Shown here: positions 1-7,881 of the stretch, piece after piece
Layout of the letters: each line of letters starts with the position of its first letter
How positions within the stretch are numbered: position 1 is the stretch's first letter
NCBI RefSeq assembly: GCF_000092105.1
Contig: NC_014148.1
Location: forward strand, 1,680,001-1,712,000
Length of the DNA stretch: 32,000 nucleotides
Source: Planctopirus limnophila DSM 3776
GTDB lineage: Bacteria; Planctomycetota; Planctomycetia; Planctomycetales; Planctomycetaceae
Reading direction: 5' to 3'
The notes under the pieces: model-generated
Told to the model about the DNA's origin: nothing
Seen by the model: the letters and a program-made list of their open reading frames with translations, nothing else
Database searches by the model: none
Program-made: the position numbers and the translations under genes

Positions 1-358
1 ACCGTTGGCCTGCAGTGCTCCCGAATGGACTCCCGTGGGTTGTCAGCAGGCCCTTGACGGAGTGACCTATGGTGCAGCCAGTTGGGCCGATTCTGTACCA
101 GTGGTGCCGGTACCGTTCAACTGGGAAGGAACTTCGGTATCCGTCATGCCACAAGCTGCCGTTTGCTCACAGCCGGAATTGAACGCCGTCCATGCCGGTG
201 AGATTCCTGCTCCTTCAACGGGATGGTCGAGCGATGCCTACACACTTCCAACAGTCGGAACCACGGCCCTGAAGTATCTTTCACCTTATCAGGCCCCATT
301 GCCCCTCTCGTTTCCGGCGGCCCCGCCGGTTCCTGCAGCCGAAGATCTTGTCTGGTGA
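1..358 (+). CDS. 3' end of a hypothetical protein (Pro/Ala-rich C-terminus); 5' end lies outside the window
   Basis: The frame is open from the window edge to TGA at 356-358. A stem-loop plus T-tract follows about 30 nt downstream. No domain recognised. The antisense ORF 144..542 looks like Arg-rich junk. Confidence 0.35.
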   Translation, partial: PLACSAPEWTPVGCQQALDGVTYGAASWADSVPVVPVPFNWEGTSVSVMPQAAVCSQPELNAVHAGEIPAPSTGWSSDAYTLPTVGTTALKYLSPYQAPLPLSFPAAPPVPAAEDLVW

Positions 359-389
359 TGATCGACCATCGATAAACGCCATCTACATG

Positions 390-440
390 CCTCACACAAC
401 TCGACTGAACTGGTCGGAATGTGTGAGGTTTTTCCTTTCT
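390..440 (+). terminator. Rho-independent terminator candidate
   Basis: CCTCACACA (390-398) pairs perfectly with TGTGTGAGG (420-428), giving a 9-bp stem and a 21-nt loop. It is followed directly by TTTTTCCTTTCT (429-440). Confidence 0.6.
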
Positions 441-688
441 GAGGGATGTCTCAATTGCTTGCAACTTCTGAGACACATCCCAGGCATCAACCGTGAGTTG
501 ACGGTCATTGATCTTGCTTGCTCGGAGCCGCAGGCATGGCACACAAGACGCTGTTTAAGTCTGGAATCCGTATGAAGTTGAAGTCTTGACCCTTAAACTC
601 TCCCCCTGAGCTTTACACCGATCCCTGATTTCGATTACGACGCTTTCATTGGAATCAGCAAAGTGGTGACATCGAAGGATGGGGCAGG

Positions 689-2158
689 ATGTCGCAGGAG
701 TCGAGTGCAGGCCTGTGGGTAAAGCTCGCCCGTCAGTGGGGTGTGAGCCGGGCTGTGGCTTTTGCTGTCGCTTCCAGGTTATGGCAACTGGTGACGGGCC
801 CTGTCACTGTATTGCTGGTGGCTTCGCAACTGACCGAGGACGAACAGGGATACTTCTTTACATTCAGCAGTTTGCTCAATCTCCAGAACATGTTTGAACT
901 GGGATTGACGATCGTTTTTCTCAATCTTTCCAGCCATAGCTTTGCGAATTGTCGCCCTTCCCGAAGCTCCGTAAATGGCAACTGGGAATGGAATGGTGCC
1001 GACGAAGAAAAATCGAGAGCTGCCAGTCTGCTGTATCAAGGCTTGTGGTGGAGTCTGGTGCAAGCCAGTCTCTTTCTGGTCATGGTGTCAGGTCTGGGAA
1101 TCTATTTTTTTTCACTGGAAGCCGATTCCTATTCGATCAACTGGTTCTACCCCTGGCTGGCTGTGGTTTTCTGTGCTGGTTGCTCTCAGGTACAGGCCAT
1201 TCCTCTGACGTATCTGGAAGGTGCTGGAGAAGTCCTGCCAATTCAACGCATGCGGTTTCTGATGGCAGTTGCCGGTACAACCAGCATGTGGTTGACGTTG
1301 TGGTTTCAGCTGGGACTATGGTGTGCTGCTGCCGTCGCGATGACCCGCGTCGTCTTTGAGTTCGGTTATCTCGCTTTTATTCAGCGCGCCTTCCTGCTCA
1401 TGATCCTCCGGCAGAAGATTACAACGCGGTACAACTGGTGGAGTGCTGCCTGGCCTTTGCAACTGAGAGCTGGCTTGCAGGGGTTACTGGTCACCTTGTC
1501 CACAGCACCGCTCATTCCGGTGGTGTTTGCCTATACGGGGCCAGCTGCAGCGGGAAGATTGGGACTGGTTCATTCGGTCCTCAGTTCGATGAATTCGGCA
1601 GCAGCAGCCTGGTTACAGACGAGAATTCCCGTACTCACGACTCTTGCTACCCAGAAAAACTTTTTTGCTTTCCGAGAGCTATATTCTCGCTCATTCCGGC
1701 AGTCCAATCTCTTTCTTGCCGCCATGATGCTGTTGTTTCTGCTGGCGATCTGGCTGGTACCTGTTGTGGCCGATCCACCCGAGATTGTGCGTCCCTGGAC
1801 GATCGGCTGGCTGGCACAGAAGCTCGAACCAAGATTGCCACCACTTTTGCCAGCATCACTCCTGGCGATGGCACTGTTCGTGCATCATCAATGTGCTTCG
1901 GCCACGTTATTCGTGCGCTGCCACATGTACGATCCGTTCCTCAAAGTCAGTTTTGTTTCCCATCCGGTTTCGGGACTATTGATCTGGATGTGGGGCAGTT
2001 ATTTTGGAGAAACTGGCGCCGTCCTGGGATACTTAATCCCTCTGGTCTTCATGATCTGGCCATGGATCATCCTGCTGCAGCGGGAATGTCTCCGTAAAAT
2101 TCATCAAGCATCCACAGAACCAGCTGTCACAGTAGCAGACTCAAGCAAATCCACTTAA
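689..2158 (+). CDS. Polytopic inner-membrane protein, Wzx/MOP-superfamily (polysaccharide/oligosaccharide flippase)-like
   Basis: 489 aa and hydrophobic throughout, with roughly 12-14 predicted TM segments. The N-terminal pattern LVASQLTEDEQGYFFTFSSLLNLQNMFELGL resembles the Polysacc_synt/Wzx N-terminus. It sits directly upstream of a hexosamine-phosphate mutase gene. Confidence 0.55.
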   Translation: MSQESSAGLWVKLARQWGVSRAVAFAVASRLWQLVTGPVTVLLVASQLTEDEQGYFFTFSSLLNLQNMFELGLTIVFLNLSSHSFANCRPSRSSVNGNWEWNGADEEKSRAASLLYQGLWWSLVQASLFLVMVSGLGIYFFSLEADSYSINWFYPWLAVVFCAGCSQVQAIPLTYLEGAGEVLPIQRMRFLMAVAGTTSMWLTLWFQLGLWCAAAVAMTRVVFEFGYLAFIQRAFLLMILRQKITTRYNWWSAAWPLQLRAGLQGLLVTLSTAPLIPVVFAYTGPAAAGRLGLVHSVLSSMNSAAAAWLQTRIPVLTTLATQKNFFAFRELYSRSFRQSNLFLAAMMLLFLLAIWLVPVVADPPEIVRPWTIGWLAQKLEPRLPPLLPASLLAMALFVHHQCASATLFVRCHMYDPFLKVSFVSHPVSGLLIWMWGSYFGETGAVLGYLIPLVFMIWPWIILLQRECLRKIHQASTEPAVTVADSSKST

Positions 2159-2197
2159 CGACATCGAAGATCAATCACAGCAAAGGGAGTGAGCATT

Positions 2198-3550
2198 ATG
2201 GGAGAACGGATTCTCAGTATTTCGGGCCTGCGTGGAGTCGTAGGTGATGGGCTTGATCCCGAGTATGTTGTTCGCTTTGCTGCGGCTTTGGGAACATGGC
2301 TCAAAGGTGGGCATGTGGTGCTTTCCCGAGATGGTCGAACCACAGGCGAAATGCTGCGGCATGCGGCCATTGCCGGGTTGACGGCTGCCGGTTGCCGAGT
2401 CACGGATCTGGGAATTGCGACTACTCCCACTTGTGGAGTCGCTGTTCAGCAACTGGGGGCCGCTGGTGGCTTACAGATCACCGCCAGTCATAATCCGATT
2501 GAATGGAATGGATTGAAGCCCTTTTCGGCGCGTGGTTCCGTACTCAATGCCACTCAAGGAAAGGAACTTCTGGAGATTCTTGAAAAGCAGGGCCCGACTT
2601 ATCGGTCGTGGGAAACAGTGGGGTCTGTCGTCGAAGATCCTTCAGCCGCCATGTTTCACTTGAGCAGGGTGAATGCACTGATTGATCTGCCCGTGGTTCA
2701 AGCCCGGAAGTTCAAAGTGGTGCTCGATTGCACTCACGGTTCGGGCTCGATCCTCTCACCCGAGTGGCTGAGAACGCTCGGCTGCGAAGTCGTCGTATTA
2801 GGAGGAGTGGCTGATGGCCGGTTTGAACATCCGGCTGAACCATTGCGGGAAAATCTCACATCACTCATGGATGCTGTTCGAGCACATCATGCGGATGTCG
2901 GGTTTGCTCAGGATCCTGATGCCGATCGACTGGCGATTGTCGATGAAACAGGCCATTACATCGGTGAAGAGTTGACTCTGGCCCTATGTGTCGATCATGT
3001 CCTATCCCGAGCCAAAGGGGCGGTGGTGGTCAATGGTTCGACCAGCAGGACGACAGCCGATATTGCGGCCCGGTATGGCTGCGAGTTCATTCGATCGGCT
3101 GTGGGCGAAGCGAATGTGGTTGCTCGCATGATCGAAGTCCACGCGCTGATTGGAGGCGAAGGGAACGGCGGTGTAATCGAGCCGAAGGTAGGCTATGTTC
3201 GCGATAGCCTGGTCAGTATGGCTTACGTGCTTCATGCGCTGGCGCTGAAAAAGTGCCGGCTTTCCGAGTGGGTCAGCACCCTTCCCAGTTACACGATTGT
3301 GAAAGACAAGATCACCTGCGGTCGCGAATCTGTGCAACCAGCATGTGACCGTCTTAAGGAAATCTTTTCCGACGCATCGATTGTTGAGGGCGACGGCTTG
3401 AGGCTCGATTGGCCCGATCGCTGGGTGCAGGTGCGTGCCAGCAATACCGAGCCCATCATCCGGATGATTGCTGAAGCTCCCCAGGCTGCCGATGCTCAAC
3501 AGTTAGTCGATCGGGCCAAGTCTGTCGTGGCACAAATCGTCAATGGTTAA
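2198..3550 (+). CDS. Alpha-D-phosphohexomutase family enzyme (phosphoglucosamine mutase / phosphomannomutase type)
   Basis: Catalytic phosphoserine loop TASHNP (ITASHNPIEWNGLK). Mg-binding loop DPDADR (GFAQDPDADRLAIVDE). Sugar-binding GEGNGG. C-terminal RASNTEP phosphate-binding loop. ATG at 2198 is preferred over GTG at 2189 because AGGGAG lies 8 nt upstream. Confidence 0.85.
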   Translation: MGERILSISGLRGVVGDGLDPEYVVRFAAALGTWLKGGHVVLSRDGRTTGEMLRHAAIAGLTAAGCRVTDLGIATTPTCGVAVQQLGAAGGLQITASHNPIEWNGLKPFSARGSVLNATQGKELLEILEKQGPTYRSWETVGSVVEDPSAAMFHLSRVNALIDLPVVQARKFKVVLDCTHGSGSILSPEWLRTLGCEVVVLGGVADGRFEHPAEPLRENLTSLMDAVRAHHADVGFAQDPDADRLAIVDETGHYIGEELTLALCVDHVLSRAKGAVVVNGSTSRTTADIAARYGCEFIRSAVGEANVVARMIEVHALIGGEGNGGVIEPKVGYVRDSLVSMAYVLHALALKKCRLSEWVSTLPSYTIVKDKITCGRESVQPACDRLKEIFSDASIVEGDGLRLDWPDRWVQVRASNTEPIIRMIAEAPQAADAQQLVDRAKSVVAQIVNG

Positions 3551-3706
3551 GACGGTTCCTTGATGTCAACGGTTTCGCCACTCGAAGAGCGTTGCGCGAA
3601 TAGTGGGCAGTTATGCGTTTTCTGTGGGCAAATGTGTTGTTGTGGAGTTTATCAGGAATCATCCTTCCCAGTATTTTCGCCGATTGCGATCAATAAATCG
3701 ACATGT

Positions 3707-3722
3707 TGGCATACGCATTGCA
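3707..3722 (+). promoter_or_regulatory. Sigma-54 (RpoN) -24/-12 promoter candidate
   Basis: TGGCATACGCATTGCA matches TGGCAC-N5-TTGCW at 10 of 11 specified positions, with exact GG-N10-GC spacing. It is intergenic, correctly oriented, and about 60-75 nt upstream of the FHA gene start. Confidence 0.55.
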
Positions 3723-3782
3723 AAATTATTTGGCAGATGTGTCTCTGGTTGCCAGAGGGCCGTGCAACAGTAGACTTATGAG

Positions 3783-4301
3783 TTGGGATGTTTTGTGTCT
3801 TTGGTCAATGAAATTGCTGTAAAGATCCATCTGGTTGATCCCGGTGACGGTCGAACTTTGCAAACCTGGTCGTTTGAATCGCCTCGCATCACCATCGGGC
3901 GTGATCCGCAGCAGGACGTTTCATTGTCTGATCCTTATGTCTCCCGCACGCATGCGGAGCTTGTTCGTGCCGGGAGTGTCTGGCAGCTCTTTTCCAGAGG
4001 TCGTAACGGCATCCTGGTGAATGGCAAAAGCATCACTGAGATTCGTCTCGAACCCGGGATGACATTTCGGCTGGGTGCTAATGGCCCGCAATTCCGCTTT
4101 GATCAGGCGCAGGAAGTGACCGCTCAAGCCACACTCAGCTTTGATCCCGAGTCGATTATCGTGCTCTCTTTTGATCGTGAGGCGGTGAAAGGTGAAGCCG
4201 AGAATGTGGCATCCACAGATTATTTTCAGAAATTGAACGAAAAGGCCAAGGAACTGCGAGCCCGCCGACAAGGCAAGCAGGCATCCTCCGGCAGTTCATG
4301 A
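3783..4301 (+). CDS. Small FHA-domain protein with a charged, helical C-terminal tail
   Basis: FHA signature ITIGRDPQQDVSLSDPYVSRTHAEL...GRNGILVNGKSI (G-R, S-x-x-H, N-G). The C-terminus is DYFQKLNEKAKELRARRQGKQ. The start is ambiguous: TTG 3783, GTG 3795 or TTG 3801. Confidence 0.85.
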   Translation: MGCFVSLVNEIAVKIHLVDPGDGRTLQTWSFESPRITIGRDPQQDVSLSDPYVSRTHAELVRAGSVWQLFSRGRNGILVNGKSITEIRLEPGMTFRLGANGPQFRFDQAQEVTAQATLSFDPESIIVLSFDREAVKGEAENVASTDYFQKLNEKAKELRARRQGKQASSGSS

Positions 4302-4382
4302 AAGCTCAGTAGGTCAACAACAGGCTTGAGCAGTCAATGATGAACACGATTTAGAAGTCGCCGCAGGCGGAGGTAATTCAGA

Positions 4383-5162
4383 TTGGCAAAGATTATTTCG
4401 ACACATTCCTTCCGCGGAGGCACTGGCAAATCGAACACCACAGCGAACCTGGCCACGTTGATTGCCAAAGCAGGGTATCGGGTGGGTGTGATTGATACGG
4501 ATATTCAATCGCCGGGAATTCACGTCGTCTTTCAGTTCGACCAGAAGAAGGCCAAATACGCTCTGAATGACTATCTCTGGGGACGCTGTAGTATTCATGA
4601 TGCTGCCTACGATATCACCGAGCAATGTATTGGAAATGTCGTTCCCGGCGCGCTTCGGCCAAGGCTTTATATCATTCCGTCGAGCCTCAACAGTGGTGAG
4701 ATTGCCCGCATCTTGAGAGAAGGTTACGACGTCGCCAAATTAAATGACGGATTACAGGAACTGATTTCAACTCTTGATCTGGACTACCTGCTCATTGATA
4801 CCCACCCGGGTGTGAATGAAGAGACCTTATTGTCGATTGCTATCTCGGATGTGCTGGTACTTATCCTTCGGCCTGATAATCAGGATTTTCAAGGAACAGC
4901 AGTGACTGTTGAGCTCGCTCGGCGTCTGGATATCCCTGAACTGCTCGTCGTTGTGAATAAAGTTCCTGAAGGTGTCGATGAGAATCTGATTATCGAGCAG
5001 GTGGAGAATGGCTATCAGGCCGAGGTGGCTGTCATGCTGCCACTGAATAACGAAATGTCGCGTCTGGGAAGCTGTGGTCTGTTTACCAATCAGTATCCTA
5101 ATCACCCATTTACTCAAGGTTTGAAAACGCTTGCTGAGCGGATCATTAAATCGCAGAAATAA
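4383..5162 (+). CDS. ParA/MinD-family P-loop ATPase (deviant Walker A with Arg in place of the signature Lys)
   Basis: Walker A SFRGGTGKSNTT (cgc = Arg at 4413-4415). Walker A' GVIDTDIQSPG. Walker B DYLLIDTHPG. 259 aa with no extra domains. TTG start with GGAGG 9 nt upstream. Confidence 0.85.
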   Translation: MAKIISTHSFRGGTGKSNTTANLATLIAKAGYRVGVIDTDIQSPGIHVVFQFDQKKAKYALNDYLWGRCSIHDAAYDITEQCIGNVVPGALRPRLYIIPSSLNSGEIARILREGYDVAKLNDGLQELISTLDLDYLLIDTHPGVNEETLLSIAISDVLVLILRPDNQDFQGTAVTVELARRLDIPELLVVVNKVPEGVDENLIIEQVENGYQAEVAVMLPLNNEMSRLGSCGLFTNQYPNHPFTQGLKTLAERIIKSQK

Positions 5163-5317
5163 ATTAAACCCATCGGAATACTGTGATCGTTGTGGGGACA
5201 ATTCAACAAGTGGAATCAAATTCTATCATTGTGAACTCACACTGTTGAGTCATCGTATTGATTGATATCGCAGTTCTGCTGGCTCATGTGACACAAGTGG
5301 ATGAAAGAGGTTGAACT

Positions 5318-6343
5318 GTGTCTGGTGACTCTTCACAGGAAATCGACATGCTGCTGGGGCGGATGAAATCTGCCGCAGCACCGATTCGCGATGTTTTAAA
5401 GGATCTTCATACAAGGCTCGTGGCTAACTATGAAGGAAGAATTGCGGACTATATACCAGAGTTGGCGACAGCCAGCCCCGATTCCTTTGGAATCGCACTC
5501 TGTACGACGGATGGGCAGGTCGTCGAGTATGGCGACTACAAAACGTCATTTACAATTCAATCTGTCTCGAAACCTTTCATGTTTGGTTTGGCCATTGGAG
5601 ATCACGGCCTCGATCATGTCTTATCGAAAGTGGGCGTAGAACCAACCGGCGAAGCCTTTAACTCCATTGTGCTCGATGAGGTGTCGAATCGGCCATATAA
5701 TCCGATGGTTAATTCGGGTGCAATTGCTACGGCTGATCTCGTCAAAGGGAAAGATTACCCGGAGCGCGTTAAACGCATGTTGGAGATGTTCAGTCGGTAT
5801 TGCGGGCGTGAAGTCTTTGTTGATAACACAGTCTTTATGTCTGAGAGAATGACAGGTCATCGAAATCGGGCGATGGCCCATCTGATGCGAAACTTTGACA
5901 TGATGAGTGAGAAGTTCGAGGAGGCACTTGAACTTTACTTTCAGCAATGCTCGATTCTCGTGAATGCGCATGATCTCTCAGTGATGGGGGCCACACTGGC
6001 CAATGGCGGACTTAATCCATTAACAAAGATCAGGGCCATTGAGAGCGAAAATGTGAAATATCTGCTGAGTATCATGATGTCGTGTGGAATGTATGATTAT
6101 GCAGGGGAGTGGGCCTTTCGCGTAGGGATTCCTGCCAAGAGCGGTGTGGCGGGTGGGATCGTCGCTGTGGTTCCTGGAGTGCTGGGCATCGGGCTGTATT
6201 CACCATTGCTGGATATCAAGGGGAACAGCGTGCGTGGTGTGAAAGCCTGTCAGGAGCTTTCGCAAAAGTTTTCTCTCCATGCCTTTGAGTCATCAGCGGC
6301 GGCTTCAAAAATTCTAGAACTCTTCTCATTCAAAAAGCGGTAA
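5318..6343 (+). CDS. glsA: Glutaminase A
   Basis: Motifs YIPELA, SVSKPF (Ser-x-x-Lys), NPMVNSGAI and GIPAKSGVAGGI. GTG start with AGAGG upstream. Confidence 0.9.
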   Translation: MSGDSSQEIDMLLGRMKSAAAPIRDVLKDLHTRLVANYEGRIADYIPELATASPDSFGIALCTTDGQVVEYGDYKTSFTIQSVSKPFMFGLAIGDHGLDHVLSKVGVEPTGEAFNSIVLDEVSNRPYNPMVNSGAIATADLVKGKDYPERVKRMLEMFSRYCGREVFVDNTVFMSERMTGHRNRAMAHLMRNFDMMSEKFEEALELYFQQCSILVNAHDLSVMGATLANGGLNPLTKIRAIESENVKYLLSIMMSCGMYDYAGEWAFRVGIPAKSGVAGGIVAVVPGVLGIGLYSPLLDIKGNSVRGVKACQELSQKFSLHAFESSAAASKILELFSFKKR

Positions 6344-6414
6344 GAGTCTGAGTTTCTTCAGGAAGGTTATCGCCTGTTGATGAAAAAGTTGGATCAGTTG
6401 CCTAAACTTCCTGC

Positions 6415-7161
6415 ATGACTCGACCACTTTTTGTCCATCTCGTGCCTCAGTTGTTTGATCCTGAGCAGGTTCAAGGGGGTGTCGTAGTCATTCTCGACAT
6501 CTTACGTGCCTCGACGACGATCATTCATGCTTTAGAGAATGGTGCGCAGGGTGTGATCCCAGTCGCTGACGTCGAGCAGGCTCGCGTAGTGGCTTCCAGA
6601 TTGACCCCCGAACAGGTTCTGCTGGGCGGAGAACGAGATGGACTGCTGATCCCTGGTTTTGACCTCGATAACAACCCCCTGGCCTATACCCGCGATGTTG
6701 TGGCTGGTAAGCAGATTGTCTTCACAACTACTAATGGCACAGCCGCGCTTGAGCGTGCGAAAGCTGCCAGACAGATATTAATCGGAGCCTTTGTGAATTT
6801 GTCCGCCGTGGTCGACAAGGTCTATGCGACCACCGGGCCGGTGCATCTTGTCTGTGCCGGAACTCGGGGGAAAGTGACTCTCGAAGATGCCTTGTGTGCC
6901 GGTGGAATTGCGTGGAAGCTTTTGGAGAAAGACCAGCAGGAGCTGTTCGACCGTACCGATGACCAGCTTCAACTTGTGCTGGATTCCTATCGCAATCGCA
7001 CGAAAGATTCCGCCACTTTTCGTAGAGCGATGAGATCCAGTTTTGGTGGCCGTAATTGCGTCCGGCTGGGGTTTGATTTGCAAATCGACCGGGCAGCCAC
7101 ATTCGATCTGTTCAAGAGTGTGCCGAGTTTTGATGCAACAACTGGAATCATAACGATTTAG
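6415..7161 (+). CDS. 2-phosphosulfolactate phosphatase (ComB) family protein
   Basis: Family pattern VVILDILRASTTIIHALENGA ... GGERDG ... TTTNGTAALE ... VCAGTRGKVTLEDALCAGGI. Confidence 0.8.
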   Translation: MTRPLFVHLVPQLFDPEQVQGGVVVILDILRASTTIIHALENGAQGVIPVADVEQARVVASRLTPEQVLLGGERDGLLIPGFDLDNNPLAYTRDVVAGKQIVFTTTNGTAALERAKAARQILIGAFVNLSAVVDKVYATTGPVHLVCAGTRGKVTLEDALCAGGIAWKLLEKDQQELFDRTDDQLQLVLDSYRNRTKDSATFRRAMRSSFGGRNCVRLGFDLQIDRAATFDLFKSVPSFDATTGIITI

Positions 7162-7359
7162 GTCTTTTGGTCAAGGTTTTGCAGAGCCCGCCGATCGTCA
7201 GGATCATGGATTTGATGTTTCGCCCAGGGGCTGTTAACTGAAAAATCTTGAATTCCTGGTTCTGAATCCAGGAGAAAGTGCCGATGAACCCTAGACGCCA
7301 CTTTTTCGCATTCTACAATGTGAAAAAGACATTTGTGGGGAATATCTAAGAGGTGAACT

Positions 7360-7788
7360 GTGGCGGATCGACTGGATGAGTTGTACGACGACTATATTCT
7401 CGATCATTTTGAGTCTCCCTATCATTGTGGGAAACTTGAGTGCCCCAGTTGCGCCCATGCCGATAAAAACCCACTTTGTGGTGATCAAATCAAGCTGGAA
7501 TTGAAGCTCGATGGATCGACCATCGAAGAGGCGTGGTTTCAGGGACGCGGCTGTGCCATCAGTCAGGCGGGTGCGTCAATTCTATGTGAGCACATCGAGG
7601 GGAAAACGCTCGAAGAGCTGCGGGACATGCAAGGTCAGGACATGCTGGACCTGCTGAAGGTTCCTCTGACTGCCAGTCGCCAGAAGTGTGGACTGCTGGC
7701 CTTCAGGGTTCTCAAAACTCTCGTTTACGCACAGGATGAACATAAAAGTGGTCTGCCGATTCATCCGGTAACGATCCATCCTCGCTAA
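7360..7788 (+). CDS. sufU: SUF-system Fe-S cluster assembly scaffold/sulfur acceptor, SufU (NifU/IscU-like)
   Basis: NPLCGDQIKLELK, GRGCAISQAGASILCE and CGLLAF supply the three conserved Cys. GTG start preceded by AAGAGGTG. Located directly upstream of sufS. Confidence 0.85.
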   Translation: MADRLDELYDDYILDHFESPYHCGKLECPSCAHADKNPLCGDQIKLELKLDGSTIEEAWFQGRGCAISQAGASILCEHIEGKTLEELRDMQGQDMLDLLKVPLTASRQKCGLLAFRVLKTLVYAQDEHKSGLPIHPVTIHPR

Positions 7789-7881
7789 CCAATAGAGTTC
7801 GTTAAGTCTTAAATAGTCTGAACCAGACGTCGGCCTGATTTGGCCAGCGTTTCCTTTGCGATAGAAATCAGGTAATCGATT

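Noticed and set aside
537-552. Sigma-54-like sequence TGGCACACAAGACGCT about 140 nt upstream of the Wzx-like gene
   Set aside because: The -24 half is perfect and the GG-N10-GC spacing is right. The -12 half (ACGCT), however, keeps only the GC and the final W of TTGCW. That is too weak to call without TSS data.
3560-3781. 73-aa Cys-rich ORF between the phosphohexomutase and FHA genes
   Set aside because: The composition is implausible (runs of Cys, no SD, no domain). The interval is better explained as a regulatory region containing the sigma-54 motif and the GTGGGCA repeats.
5302-7362. Near-identical translation-initiation contexts AGAGGT(T)GAACTGTG at the glsA (5304-5320) and sufU (7349-7362) starts
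   Set aside because: The shared string is essentially an SD plus spacer plus GTG. A 14-nt similarity of this kind is expected among efficiently initiated genes and does not indicate a repeat element.
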